A stretch of 49,958 nucleotides of DNA, the filler included, from Catajapyx aquilonaris (taxonomy: Eukaryota), in the NCBI GenBank assembly GCA_000934665.2. It is 2 parts of 2 records of this genome, joined end to end, with 100 filler letters (N's around TTAATTAATTAA, not from the genome) between each part and the next. Parts side by side here need not be neighbours in the genome. Positions count along the whole stretch, not along the records: positions 25,099 to 49,958 come from JYFJ02005446.1; 1 more part is not named here. One strand, written 5' to 3'. The translations under genes and the position numbers were made by a program. Below are positions 25,523 to 48,539 of this stretch, piece after piece; position 1 is the stretch's first letter; each line of letters starts with the position of its first letter. The notes beneath the pieces are model-generated. The model saw nothing but the letters and a program-made list of their open reading frames with translations, did not search any database and had not been told where the DNA came from.

Positions 25523-27610
25523 TTAGGCTGCCTTGCTCTCGTGGTCCAGCAGCCACTTCTTCACGCTTGGCCCTCCACCAGAGTAGTTTCCCAGAGACCC
25601 ATCTTTACGTACAACACGGTGGCATGGGACAAGGAGCATGATGGGGTTCTTGGCCATGGCTGTGCCAACAGCTCGGCTGGACTTTGCGTTGCTACCTGCC
25701 AACTCTGAGAGCTCACTGTACGAAACAATTTGACCTAGCTGAGTCTTCTGCGCCAGGGTCAGCCACACCCTCTCTTGGAATGGGCCTGAAAGTATTGAAG
25801 ATTAGGTCTCACTCTGCTCTGGATCACCATGTGAAAGTTGACATTTGCTCTATAAGAATTCATCATGCTGAAAAGTCTCCCCATACTGAGAACTGAATTC
25901 ATCTTATGGGGCATCTAGACCTATAGGTTTCAGCAGAAATGTGGGTTAAAGTTACTGCCAATGCATGCCAAAGATATGACCAGAGAAGCATCCCTCTGGG
26001 CGATACTATTCTCAATTGTGGAGGTAAAATTAGACATGTGCAATTAGTGGGTAGCACAGTTGTGGTCATGGAAATGGAATGCAAGGCAGGAAAATATTAA
26101 GGTGCATTTACATGTGAGCGATTTGACTGTGACTTTCTGTTCAAGCATAACTGTGCAATGTGACACACATACCATCCATGGAAGCCACGCAGATGTTTGG
26201 CAATGGAATGCTCTTGATGGACTGTGGACTGTCAAAATACTTTTTTAGCCACTTAATGCACTGCTGGGCGACAGGGTATGTGGCTGGCAGATCCCCTGCA
26301 ACAGTTTCAATCAACTGCACCCCTTTTCTGTGAAGAAATATCCAGCCTTCAGAATAGGATTCACTCATTCTGCCCTAAACTAGAAAAAGCATCACACATG
26401 CAACAACAGTGAGATAATTTTTATCCTGGCAAAATCTCAGTGGTTTTCCTATAGAACAGTGGTTCCCAAACTTTTTTGGTCACGGCCCGCATCAGATAGG
26501 GAAAATATCTCGCGGCCCACCTAATGAGCCATTTACACCTCGTCACCTCCCTTATTGAGAGCTGCAAAAATCATGCTACACAATATATATGTATTTTTTT
26601 TACGTACTGGGCTCTTGCTCCTCATTTCGCAAGATCATTATTTCATAGTTTTTTTTTTTAAATTAAAGCTCGCGGCCCACTTGGAGGAGCCTCGCGGCCC
26701 ACTGGTGGGCCGCGGCCCATAGTTTGGGAACCACTGCATAGAATAACTTGGTTTCAGGATGGATTGTTCACTTTTCTGGTCCTAGAAAATAAATGTATCT
26801 AACCACAAAATGTTACATCAATTAATGAAAGTGTTTCTTGTAGTAGGCTGCTCCATCCTTCAATCCCTGGGTCTACACTTGGATTGGAGGACTAAGACCA
26901 AGGCAAATGCCAGACCTACCTGTGTGGAAACTTTATGAAACAAGGAAAGTCGGAAACTTCCCCATTACAGCTAACTTTTGTTCAATGGCAAGGCAAGTTT
27001 TCACTGCACAATAGAGTTGAAATTATTGTAATTCCCCTATTAACCTGACACCCATGAGATGTGTTATTTAAAAGTTCTCCTGTGCACACAGGTCGGTACT
27101 GATACAATTTCTCCCTTACTCCCAGGATGTTTCTTCCATCCGAGAATCACACGACTGGCAAGCCCTGGTGCAGTCTTAGTTACTGGGTGAATGAATTAGC
27201 CTCATTTTAAAATTTACACTGCATTATTACCTGCAATGTGAAGTTTTAAAAACTACCACCTCCCTCTTCTTTCCCAACATTCATGTTAGCCAGACTTTCG
27301 ATGAGCCTCTCTCTCATCGGTCCTGTTTATTTCATTTTATTAGTCAGGTAAGAGTCGTAAGACTAAAGTGTACTTCTGTCACAACACAGTAAACTTCTGC
27401 TGAATTCTGATACCAGTAAGCTTTGAACAAGTTTATATATCTAGAGTGGTCATTCGCGTAATATTACGTCTCATCGCAGTGGACGGTCTCATCGTGGTCG
27501 ACTCTCCCAACGGTGTGTAGGCCATTGGTGCAGCAGCTAATGGCTATGTTTCCAATGGGCGATGACACCACCCATTCCTTCAGTGAACCCCATTTCCGAC
27601 AAGCCCCCAT
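25523..27610 (-). CDS. MGMT: Methylated-DNA-protein-cysteine methyltransferase (O6-alkylguanine DNA alkyltransferase), ~186 aa, 3 exons
   Basis: Exons 27610-27468 (MGACRKWGSLKEWVVSSPIGNIAISCCTNGLH...), 26327-26173 (...QCIKWLKKYF...) and 25785-25523 (GPFQERVW...VSYSELSELAG...RAVGTAMAKNPIMLLVPCHRVV...LGNYSGGG..VKKWLLDHE). Contains the PCHRV active-site motif and RAVG helix. GT-AG introns have consistent phases (2,1); total 561 nt. Confidence 0.95.
26457..26736. mobile_element. hAT/Charlie-type MITE in MGMT intron 1
   Basis: TIRs CAGTGGTTCCCAAAC and GTTTGGGAACCACTG; GCGGCCC subterminal repeats; imperfect TSD CTATAGAA / C-ATAGAA. Confidence 0.9.
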
Positions 27611-28074
27611 GTCAAGGTAAGTAGTGCCCATCTGCTTCCTTCTCTCCTTTTGTTTTGGCTCAGGCGGGTTCTTTTCCTACAGATCGCGTCACAACCAGGG
27701 ATGGAAAAAGAACCGCTTCTTTGGGCGGTAAGCGGTTCTTTTTCTATCCCTGCACATGGAAAAAAGAAGCGCTTCTTGGAAGGAAGCGGTACTTTTTCCA
27801 TCCCTGGTCACAACACGTGCGATTGATTCACCTAGTGCTCAAGGTCGACGTCAGAGGGCCAATCACAATGTGGTGCAACAAGCGGCAACAAGTGTCTCAA
27901 CGGGACAAAAGGATTAAGACATTTAAGCAAACAATGCCAGTAAGAAAATGTTAAACTGCAATTAAGTCCGCTTGAAGTTTGACAATTAGTGCCGTAATCC
28001 AATATGGCTGACGAAGATGGCGGTGCCCTTGAATAACGTTCAAGTTCGCAAAGAAGTTGCATGAACTGCAGATA
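27611..28074. promoter_or_regulatory. Probable bidirectional promoter of MGMT and METTL22
   Basis: Divergent ATGs only 464 bp apart; CpG-retaining; YY1-like AAGATGGCGG near 28014 and E-box CACGTG near 27814. Confidence 0.7.
27696..27806. mobile_element. 111-bp hAT-type MITE between MGMT and METTL22
   Basis: TIRs CAGGGATGGAAAAAG and CTTTTTCCATCCCTG; perfect 8-bp TSD GTCACAAC at 27688-27695 and 27807-27814. Confidence 0.92.
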
Positions 28075-30331
28075 ATGGCCGAGAAAGATCCCACCGTTAC
28101 CTCAGAAGTCCATACCTTCTCGGTGCAGGATCCCAGCATCGCTCCCAATGTCCGAAGCACCAGTATGATGCAGACTCCTAATATTTTAGTGTGCTTTGGT
28201 AGTTGGTGGCTGAAATGTGTCACTGTAGCGGTGATAGCCATGTTGCCCACCAATGTGCCCGTTTGGAGTACCCTTTTGTAGCGTACATTTGTTTCAGATG
28301 TGGTCGCTGTCTTCACGTTTTCCCAACCAGAAGCTGATGGGACTGACAATAATCATGCACAAAAAGCAACTGTAGACGAAGATGGAGACATAGTGGTGGT
28401 CCGGAGGAAGAGTGAACCCATGGAAAAAAAGATATTTATAGGTGATGGAACTGGGGCATGCAGTTAAGCCTTGCATCAGGTCAATCACTGTAAAGTACTG
28501 GAGGGAAGGTTATTTCTTCCCGCTTCTTCCTTCTTACTAATTACACCTCCAGATCAAAGAGTGCATGGCTGGCCATTATACTGACATCACATGCCTACCT
28601 CCCATCAAGGCAGGATAGGCAGGTCTGATTGATGCAGCACAATTGTACCAGGGGAACCACATGATGATAGTACAGTAATTAGTGCTAACTTCTATCTCCA
28701 TTGTCACCACAGAAGTATTGCTAGTAATGTGACTTTTAACCAACCTTTTTACGGTAATGATTCTCCTCCACAGAGCACAGCATGAAGTCGAGTCTAGAGC
28801 TGGTAGGCCTGCAAGTGTGGAGAGGAGCCCTGTTTCTGGCCGATTTCATCCTTCACCACCAAAGGGAATTTGCCGAAAAGGTCATCCTTGAACTCGCATC
28901 AGGTGTTGGTCTCACTTCAATAGTTGCTGCCATGTTTGCCAAGAAAGTTATTGCTACAGGTGATTACTATTGCTTGTACACACTGAACTGGACAGACGGT
29001 CATTCAGCAACTTGCTAGGAAATGATTATATCCTTGAGATGATGAGTCTCACCAATTTCAGATATATCAGTGAGTTTATTACTTAGATTGCTGGTATGTA
29101 TTTATTCTCTATCTTTCCCAAACACTGACCCAATTTGTCTGATCAATCATCAACCTATCATTTGTGGCATAATCAATCCAAATTACAAAATCACTAAATG
29201 TAATTTTCCATTTTTAGATGTAAATCGTGATGCCATACTTGATCTGATGGCTTCAAATGCTCGCCTCAACTCTGGTTTGGTTCGCAGCGAATTCATCACA
29301 GAGGAGCTGGATTTTTTTGCCGACTCACTGCCACAGAATGTCCTGCAAGCAGACATAATTCTTGCAGCTGATGGTACAGTACCCTTGTCCTTCAGTCAAA
29401 AATTCTAAACCATTTAGAAGTCAAGTCCATGGTTATTACTCCGTGATTAGAATGGTGTTTCTACCGAATAGTTGTTAATTACAAGTACTTGCTACCAGAA
29501 GTAAATTAAGTCTACTTAGTCCACTTGATACTATTCTGTACAAAATGCATTTAAAATCCTTGGCCAGGACCGATAAAAGGTCCTGTGCAAATAAGTTTTT
29601 GCTGAGTCATGTTCCATTAAACTGGATGCTATGTTATATTACTTGACAATAACATTAAAAATGAACTTGGTCCAATAACTTTCCTTGTAGAGAGCAAATC
29701 ACTGATTCAGGACATAACTTTCTTCCAGTCAGTAATGACTCGAATCAAGTTGACATAATATAGGGTGGTGCACTGCCCAAAGTTAACAATCCAATAAATA
29801 GCAAAATACTGACGCATTCCATATTTTCCCACAGTTGTATACAATGATGACCTGACCTTAGCATTTTTCAAAACTCTGCGAAAAATCTTGGTCGCACCTC
29901 CATCCAAGACAGTGTATATTGCTTTGGAAAAGAGGTAAGCAAATATCCCAAAGTGATTACACTATGCAACAAAATGTGACTTTTTTTTTGTCCATGGAAA
30001 TTCATCGTCATATTCGTCTTCCTTAGGTCACAAGTAACTCATAATGGGCATTCATCTTGTCTTTGATTTGTTTTTGACCTTGGGGCAGTCAAAAAACCAA
30101 AGTCCTCACTAATAAATACAGATGCAGGCTAATCAATGTGTTTCTTCCAGGTATGTTTTCACCACTGCTGATCTTGACATTGTGACACCTTGTTATGATC
30201 TCTTCCTGAATGAGCTGGACTCGTTACAGCGAGATTTGGGGCTTCAGGCTTCATTAGCTGATTCTAGTTTCCCACAATATTTCAATTACGAGCGTGTCAA
30301 GGAACTTGTGTTGTGGAAAGCGTGTAAATAA
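28075..30331 (+). CDS. METTL22: Methyltransferase-like protein 22 (seven-beta-strand protein lysine methyltransferase), ~284 aa, 6 exons
   Basis: Exons 28075-28162, 28298-28441, 28774-28959, 29218-29373, 29835-29934, 30151-30331; all GT-AG and phase-consistent (855 nt). Motifs: DEDGDIVVVRR, IEHSM..LELVGLQVWRGALFLADF, motif I ILELASGVG, IILAADVVY, IALEKRYVF, FPQYFNYERVKELVLW. The exon 1 donor and start codon are the least certain parts. Confidence 0.9.
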
Positions 30332-31579
30332 AGATCACTTGTGGCTTCTCACTAGCTCTTTATTCAGGGCCAACCATCAATTAAATGCGTGGGGCTTTGC
30401 ATTGTTGAAAAAGGCAACTCTTTGGCAGTAATTACTTCAAGATAGTAATAATAAAATTAATAATAAAACATCGCTTCTAATATGACCTTGCAGGTGGGAA
30501 ATAAACACAAATGCAAAACTTACACACCCCTCCCAGAACATTAATATCCCACCCTACACTTTAGTAAATGTAATTATCCACACTACATTATGTACATTTT
30601 TTTAAATGGAGTTGCCTCCAAAATCTACACCTGGTAAAGTTGACAGATGAGAAAAATTAGGCTGCAGAAAGACATTACAAAAACCAACTTCTTTGGGGTC
30701 CCATAAATAGGGTGCATAAATTATAAAGGAATCGAGCCAAGGTTTTGCCTGAATACAGAGAACACACATTTAAATTTCCCCACTTCTGGCAGTGTATAGT
30801 CAGTCTATAAGAATTGAATCATTGTATGGTCTTGAGGGGATAGGTTAAAGGTGAATAAATGCACGATCAAGTGAATGTCGAGGAGTTAACACATACTGCT
30901 TATTTTTTTCCACACTTATTCGCAGCAAAAAATAATCTCAGAGGTAAGTTCGAACTTTGTGTCCTCATGTACCCCCACACTTTCACACACATATGGACCT
31001 TGCTTTACTTTTTTCTAAGGAACTGGCTAACTCTTAGGTTCCTCAAAATGCCAGCCTGCAAAAACACCCAAAAGGAGAAAATACTTGCTATTCACATTCA
31101 AGATTTGCTAACCTTGCTTGTGATCATTTTTTCGCCTCCTTTCCTGTAATATTACAAGTGTACATTACTCCAATCCTGAGAACAAAGCATCACGATTGAG
31201 TTTCCGGATAGTAATTTGAAAGTATTAATAATAACTTTTACCTGCCTTAGGCTAGGGCAGAATGTTGGCATGGATTATGTGGCAATAAATCTGCAACACA
31301 TTTTAAACGGCAATTAGCCCAATGCATTATTGGCATTGCACTGTGCTGGAAAGGAAGTGGAGAGTGACTAACAGACATAACCTACCATTGAATGGCAAGA
31401 TCAACTCTAGGTGCTGCCACATTAAAATGGAGTACAGTTCAACTGACACCAACTTCATTACTTCAGTTGGAAATAAACATTAAATGCAATATTCTCCACC
31501 GTTAAAACTGCTGCAATAATTCACTGCCTCACAACCCACTCAAAAATGCACAACTCAACAAGAGGATTCAAGGAGTCCA

Positions 31580-42698
<11,119 letters not shown>

Positions 42699-44189
42699 CG
42701 CGCCCTGCTGCCGCCGCCTCTTCTTCTGCTTGTTATGGTCGCGGGCACCTCTCTCCGCTCACACACTCACTCACAAACCGACACTGGGGCAAACCGCCAA
42801 AACACAGGACAAACACTGAGCAACAAGGACTGATAACAATGAAGGATGGAGCGGGAAGGGGGGAGGAGGGGGAAGGAATTGTTTCAAAAAAAGGGGGAAG
42901 GTGAGCAAATGAAAACCGAAGAAGACAACTACCAGCAATGCTGAACTACTCCTCCCTCCTCCTCCTCGTCCTCCCTCCCTTCCTCTAGTCTTTTTTCCCC
43001 TCCTCCTCTTCCTTCCTTCCGTCCCCCTCCCTCCACTCCAGCGCCCTCTACCTCATTACCGCACATCGACCACCATCACCTAGACTGGGGTCAAACCACA
43101 CACTGGCTCTAATTCTGTCTCTAATTTATGTGGCAAATCTACACTTTATTTTACATGTGACTGGGATCGTAAACGGTGCGGATCCTCCTCAACAGGGAAG
43201 GTGTTGCTCGTATTCACGTTAAAAATATGATCCAGTCTGTGGTCTGCAGTCGTCGATGTCCATTGAATCAACATGGCCGCAGGAAATTTGAACAAGTGAA
43301 TAGGGGGGTGCGCACACAATGCCAGTGGGAGGGCGGGAGGTGGATACGGTTTATCGTACTGCAGTAGTGACGTGCCATAAAATGCAGGGTTATTGATTAC
43401 TACACGAAGTTTCTGCGTGACATTACCCTCAGAGAACTACTGGCGCCATGCATCTGATGGTTGTCAGTCGTATTTGGCCATTTACATTGCAAAATAAAAT
43501 TTGCGGGCAGTATTTTTCACTTGAGCGTATCTAATGTGATGCACCTGCACAAGTTGTGTCAATTTTCCGAGTACCGGTAGTTACTTAATTTGATATTTGC
43601 ATACTGAGCACATTATTTTGAACATAATATAGTTGTTTTTTACCAGGAAAAAAAATACCCAGCAATCTTCAAAGAACTACATTTCCTTTGTGAGACCGAA
43701 AAAAAACTTTCTTGCTGATGATTTGTATACCTTTTCACCTTTCAGTTACAAAAATATGGAAGACATACGAGGGCCATACTAAAATGATTCACAATTTTCA
43801 CCCGAAGTTGTTATCTTTGGGTAGCTTTTTGCAACTGGATCAAGGTGTGGTGTGGTGAAATACAGCAGCTGCTGTATGATTTGGCACTGCAATCAGCAAA
43901 AAGCTACACACAAACAGCTTTGGATGTGTGATAACCAACCCCAATATTTAGAACACACCATATAACAAAAATCTGGGTTGAATGTACTCATTGCACAGTG
44001 TTATGAACCTCATCAATTATTAATTGTTAGTAGCACAACCTTCCACCTCCTAGGTCTCTCATTTGCTTCCAAGCTTACACCATGAAGGGAGATTCTTGAC
44101 AGCAATTCCATTACTTGTTTCACATTTCTGTTTTTACCCCATAATTCTGGAAGATGTCTAACAGACGGTATGATAATCGGATGGACTTG

Positions 44190-44409
44190 ACCTTACTGGC
44201 GTGTGGGAGGGTAGTAGTCGTGGGGGCAGCGGGCTGTGTCGCAAAGATAGGTCTGTATCCGCAAGGAAGGAAGGTTAGGCTTGGTTCGGTTGGTACAGCA
44301 TACCCCTTCCAAAATCCAAAAAATCAATCTTTGCATCCTTGCCTTTGCGACAAAGCCAAGCTGACCCCAGCCACCACTCACCCTCCCGCTTCCCGCACGC
44401 CAGTAAGGG
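44190..44409. mobile_element. Fold-back MITE-like element between PSMD12 and SUZ12
   Basis: CCTTACTGGCGTGTGGGA / TCCCGCACGCCAGTAAGG outer arms and TGTCGCAAAG / CTTTGCGACA inner arms. Confidence 0.7.
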
Positions 44410-44555
44410 TTACTCTTTCCTGATAATCTGCTCACTTCATTCACTGCTCTAAAAATTAACACAAAATGAAGTAAGGTACTCTTCCAATTAGCAATTCATT
44501 AAAGCACCCCAATATCAGAAAGAAAAAATTCTGCCAGACAGACAGGTCACTGCAA

Positions 44556-44561
44556 TTTATT
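44556..44561 (-). promoter_or_regulatory. Candidate polyadenylation signal of PSMD12
   Basis: AATAAA on the minus strand ~190 nt downstream of the stop codon. Confidence 0.6.
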
Positions 44562-44753
44562 GTCAAAAATCATACAGTAATAGTGTCTCCACACTAAACA
44601 AAAACATATGCACTAATTTCAGAACCCTTCACATTAGGTGACATATAAGCATTATGGGGAAATGGCTAATGTCTTCTGGATTTTATGGGTATTCTGAGAA
44701 CAAGCCAAAACGCCTTCCGTAATTCTGCACTTCCCCAAAACCTGGCATAAACA

Positions 44754-47586
44754 TCACTCCTTTGTTGGTGCTGCAACTGCAGTGGAAGATGAAGCAGCCA
44801 CGAGGTTGAGATGCTTATGCACCATCTCCTCCTTGTTGATGAGGTGGGTGGTCCTATTCAACAGCTGCATCAGGTCATTAAGGTTGTGGGACCACTCATT
44901 GAGGATCTCATTGGGATCCTTTGCAGGAGCAAAGTGAACAACCTGGGCCAGCCTGTCTGTCTTGGCCTGGACTGTCTTGTTTACCACCAGTGTGGAGAGA
45001 AACTCCTCCGACTCCTGCACAGTCAGGTTCAGAAGCTCTGCCATGCGGTTCAGGGATATGCGAGTGTAGTACTTGGCCATTATTCGGATGTTCTGCAAAG
45101 AGAATAGCAAGTGTGTCAAGTATGTTAATTTTCATGAATGTTCATTCTGGTGGCATTTGCAAGTTAAGGCCCATACACACAGGCGGTCGACGGTTTTGGT
45201 CTTTGGTTGCGTTGACGCCGCGGACCAATCATGACTCATGTAAACAAGCTCAACACTAGTGTTGCGCTTGTTGATTGGTCCGCGGCATCAATGCAACCAA
45301 AGACCAAAACCGTCGACCGCCTGTATGGGCCTTTAAGGGTTTGTTCACAAATGGCAAATTTTTGGTCACAAACAGTTTGATGCAGGTGATTGCCACCCAA
45401 GCTCCAATTCCATAATTAATGCTGGCAAATCAAATGCCTTCCAACTCACATGCTCTACCACCCTGTTCTTGAGGTCCTTCCAGCGAGTCCTCCCCTGCTC
45501 TGTGGTCTGGTTAAAGACATCAGTTGGTGGGCTTCCAGGAGATCCCTTCATGAGCTCCTCTTGGTACAAAGAACACAGCTCAGTCCAGCGGATCAGCTCA
45601 GGGTTGATAAACAGCTTCAGCAGATCCCTGAGGAGTGTTCAGAAACTCATTTCATGTGAACACTACAAATATTTCAAAATAATAGCTAAAAATACAAAGT
45701 TTGACCAACTGATGGGGTTTTTAAAGAACAAAGGTCACTCGAGAGATCTGGAGTACCCCTAATTTGGTTGCTCAATGCAGATTTTGGTGCAAAGGTGCAA
45801 TTTTTCATGCCCGGAGCAACAAAATCCCTTTTTTCTCGCTGGCTTACTGTTATTACCACTTACACATTGAATCTGTCTACTGCTATGCTGCTAGTAAGTT
45901 CATATAACAGGTTAGAATTATAACCACATGCTACCACCTCATTTCAATAATGAAATGTTAAATCTGCTTGACAGAGTCTTATAACATTCTTGCAAGTATG
46001 CTCCACACACATTTTCAGCCCCAAAAATTGGTAAAAGTAAATTTGGTTTATTGCCACAATAGTCAATAATTTTATTGCACTGTACACATCATTTTGAAGC
46101 TGAACTTTACAATTAGCAATACTTTATTGTACCTGTATTTGGGGATCTCCTCAAGCTGCTTTTCTGCTGCCACACGGTGGATGAGATCTGATTGTTCATT
46201 ATCATATGAGCTGAGCACCAAGTAGAGAAGTGCATTTTTCAGCACTAGTTTACGCCTTTCAGGGTCTTTCTGAATAGCTGGGGTGGTCAGGACTGCCCGG
46301 TGATGCTTACATATCGCCAAGTATGACCCCTCATGCTGGTCCAACTTGATCATCAACTCATAATACTTGAGTTTGAGTGCCTGCACCTCTTCATTAGACT
46401 GGCCATCCTCAAAGAACTTTGTGTTGATCTTCTTAGAAATGATCTGGGTCCGAATAAAATCAGATCGTGCAAGGCACAGGCGCATCTGCTCCAGGAGGAG
46501 CTCCACCTTCTCACGACGCTCCATTGATCCGTATGTCTCAACCTGGAAAACAATTGAGGTTGAAACCGAATGGGAATAGGTGGACTTTTGTTATAAAGCT
46601 AGAGTGGCATAATTATGTGGGCATTCCAAGTAGAAATAAAGGATGCTGAGTTATTCGACAGTGTTAAAAGCATGAGGGAATCAATATAGTCAATATCCAT
46701 TTGGCAATGTTTAAATCAATTTCCCTTCTCCTTCCCACTCACTTAAATCTTAAGATAATTTTGTAGGAAATATGGCTCAGCTCTGGATCCATGCCATGTG
46801 GCCATGCCAGAGTAAAACAAATGGGTTTTCAGTCAACAACATGCAGTTCATTATGAACTCACCTGCAATTCCTGCATAATCGATGCTGCTCCTGCAACAT
46901 CACTCTCAGCCTCCTTCATCTTTGCGAGACGATGGGTCAACCTTGCTCGCTCAACCTCTACATAGATCTTTCCTTCTGTGACAGTGCGGAGTGTGGTAAT
47001 CAAGCGCAAGAGCACTTCTTTGTCTGGAAGTTTATCCAGGTAACTGCAGCATTCCTGCACCATCTTAGTCACAGCTTGTTTCAACTGGCTTCGACGTTTG
47101 GAGAGCAGCACTACATTCTCATTGAGGGCATTCCAATCGCCAGCCTCGAAGCAGATCTGCACTACAGCTACTAACACACGGCCAGTAGAAACCATGTCAG
47201 CACCCTTGAAGTACAAGCAAAAATAAATTGAAGAAAGGAATGCTTTTAACCAGAAGAATTTTAAAAAAAACAACCATTCTCAACATATTTCCTGGAGTGT
47301 AATTAGGAAAACCAAACTGCCCTTAAAATTCTGTTTGACTCGTATGCATGTTGAGTAACCTAATGTGCCTTTTTGCTGAATTAATTACTTCTAGACCTAC
47401 ACACGACAAAGCCTCACTTACAGTTCTGGTCTGCTTCTCAAGAGCCATGAGTTGCTCCAAAGCCTCCTGAACCTTTCCTTCCCCGGCCAGCTTCTTGCAG
47501 GCAGGGATCTTCTCATCACAGGTGGCACTATAGTCCACCTCCATCTTGATGATCTTTCCAGCATCTGTTGCTAATGTTTCCGCCAT
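44754..47586 (-). CDS. PSMD12: 26S proteasome non-ATPase regulatory subunit 12 (Rpn5), ~477 aa, 5 coding exons
   Basis: Exons 47586-47422 (KMEVDYS...LEKQTRT), 47204-46863 ([12 protein letters not shown]...[16 protein letters not shown]), 46542-46133 (VETYGSM...LEQMRLCL), 45627-45450 and 45092-44754 (PCI domain [12 protein letters not shown]...LINKEEMVH). GT-AG, phase-consistent, 1434 nt. An acceptor just upstream of the ATG suggests a non-coding first exon. Confidence 0.96.
45167..45332. mobile_element. PIF/Harbinger-type fold-back MITE in the last PSMD12 intron
   Basis: TTA|AGGCCCATACA...TGTATGGGCCT|TTA; ~60-bp near-perfect arms. Confidence 0.88.
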
Positions 47587-48440
47587 GGCTACTGGAAAAA
47601 TACATTGTAATGCAAAATTAGTGTTAATTGGCACAAAAAGGATCTAGATTCACCTAATTACAGCAATTGAGGAGCATTTGTGTGTATCTGGACTGTTGTA
47701 GGTAAATTTTAAAGAAAATGCACAACAGTGCTCCAATCACATGACTGCACTGTGGCTACATGCAATTCCAACTAGTGAAATTGTTTCAAATAGCCTGAAA
47801 TGAGCTGACACATGATTACTGAAAAGCTCTGCACATTACTAGGAAATTACTAACGTGTTACGATGTTCTAATAAACCCTTCTGTTCATGGGTCACTTATC
47901 ATCTGGCAGTGTTTACAGATATTTGTATGGTTCATGGGTGTGGTGCCTGCCCATGAGCAAGCCTTTAGGTAAAGAATGTTTAATTTACTAACCTAACCTC
48001 CCTTTAAACGTAACTGACCAATTTTTTGGCTTCGGTGCAGTTTAGCACCGCAAAAATCTTGCAGGTTTCTGTATATTTCCTGGATCTACGCGATGAGCCG
48101 AGTTGAATGACACTATTCCTCGAGTACGGAAATGCTTGGTTCAAGAGTAATTTAATTTTGAAATTGCAAGTAATAACAATGAATTAAATGAAAGTAAACA
48201 AGTATTCCTTTGATGAAACTGTTCACTTCCATTGTTACGGGAGGTAATTCTCCGTGGAAACGTGAGAGATGCCATGACAACGTGCTGTGAGACATGCTGA
48301 ATGATGTAAATAAATGGTTGTTTTCGGTTCGTTGGATATAGAACGACAGTGTAGGAGTTTAATTAATTTTAACATCACTCAGGAGCATTCATGGCAGAGG
48401 ATATCGGTGTGTATCTAGAATTGGGCAAGCCAGGGGTTAA

Positions 48441-48539
48441 CCACTCAACTGTCAAGTGTACACTGGAGTACCAAATTTAAGGAGTACCAAGGAGTATCTG
48501 TGAGTACCACTGCAGGTGTACACCAGAGTACCGAAGTGG
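48441..48539. mobile_element. 99-bp TTAA-flanked mini element (piggyBac-like)
   Basis: TTAA|CCACT...AGTGG|TTAA with five internal GAGTA(C/T)C motifs. Confidence 0.55.
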
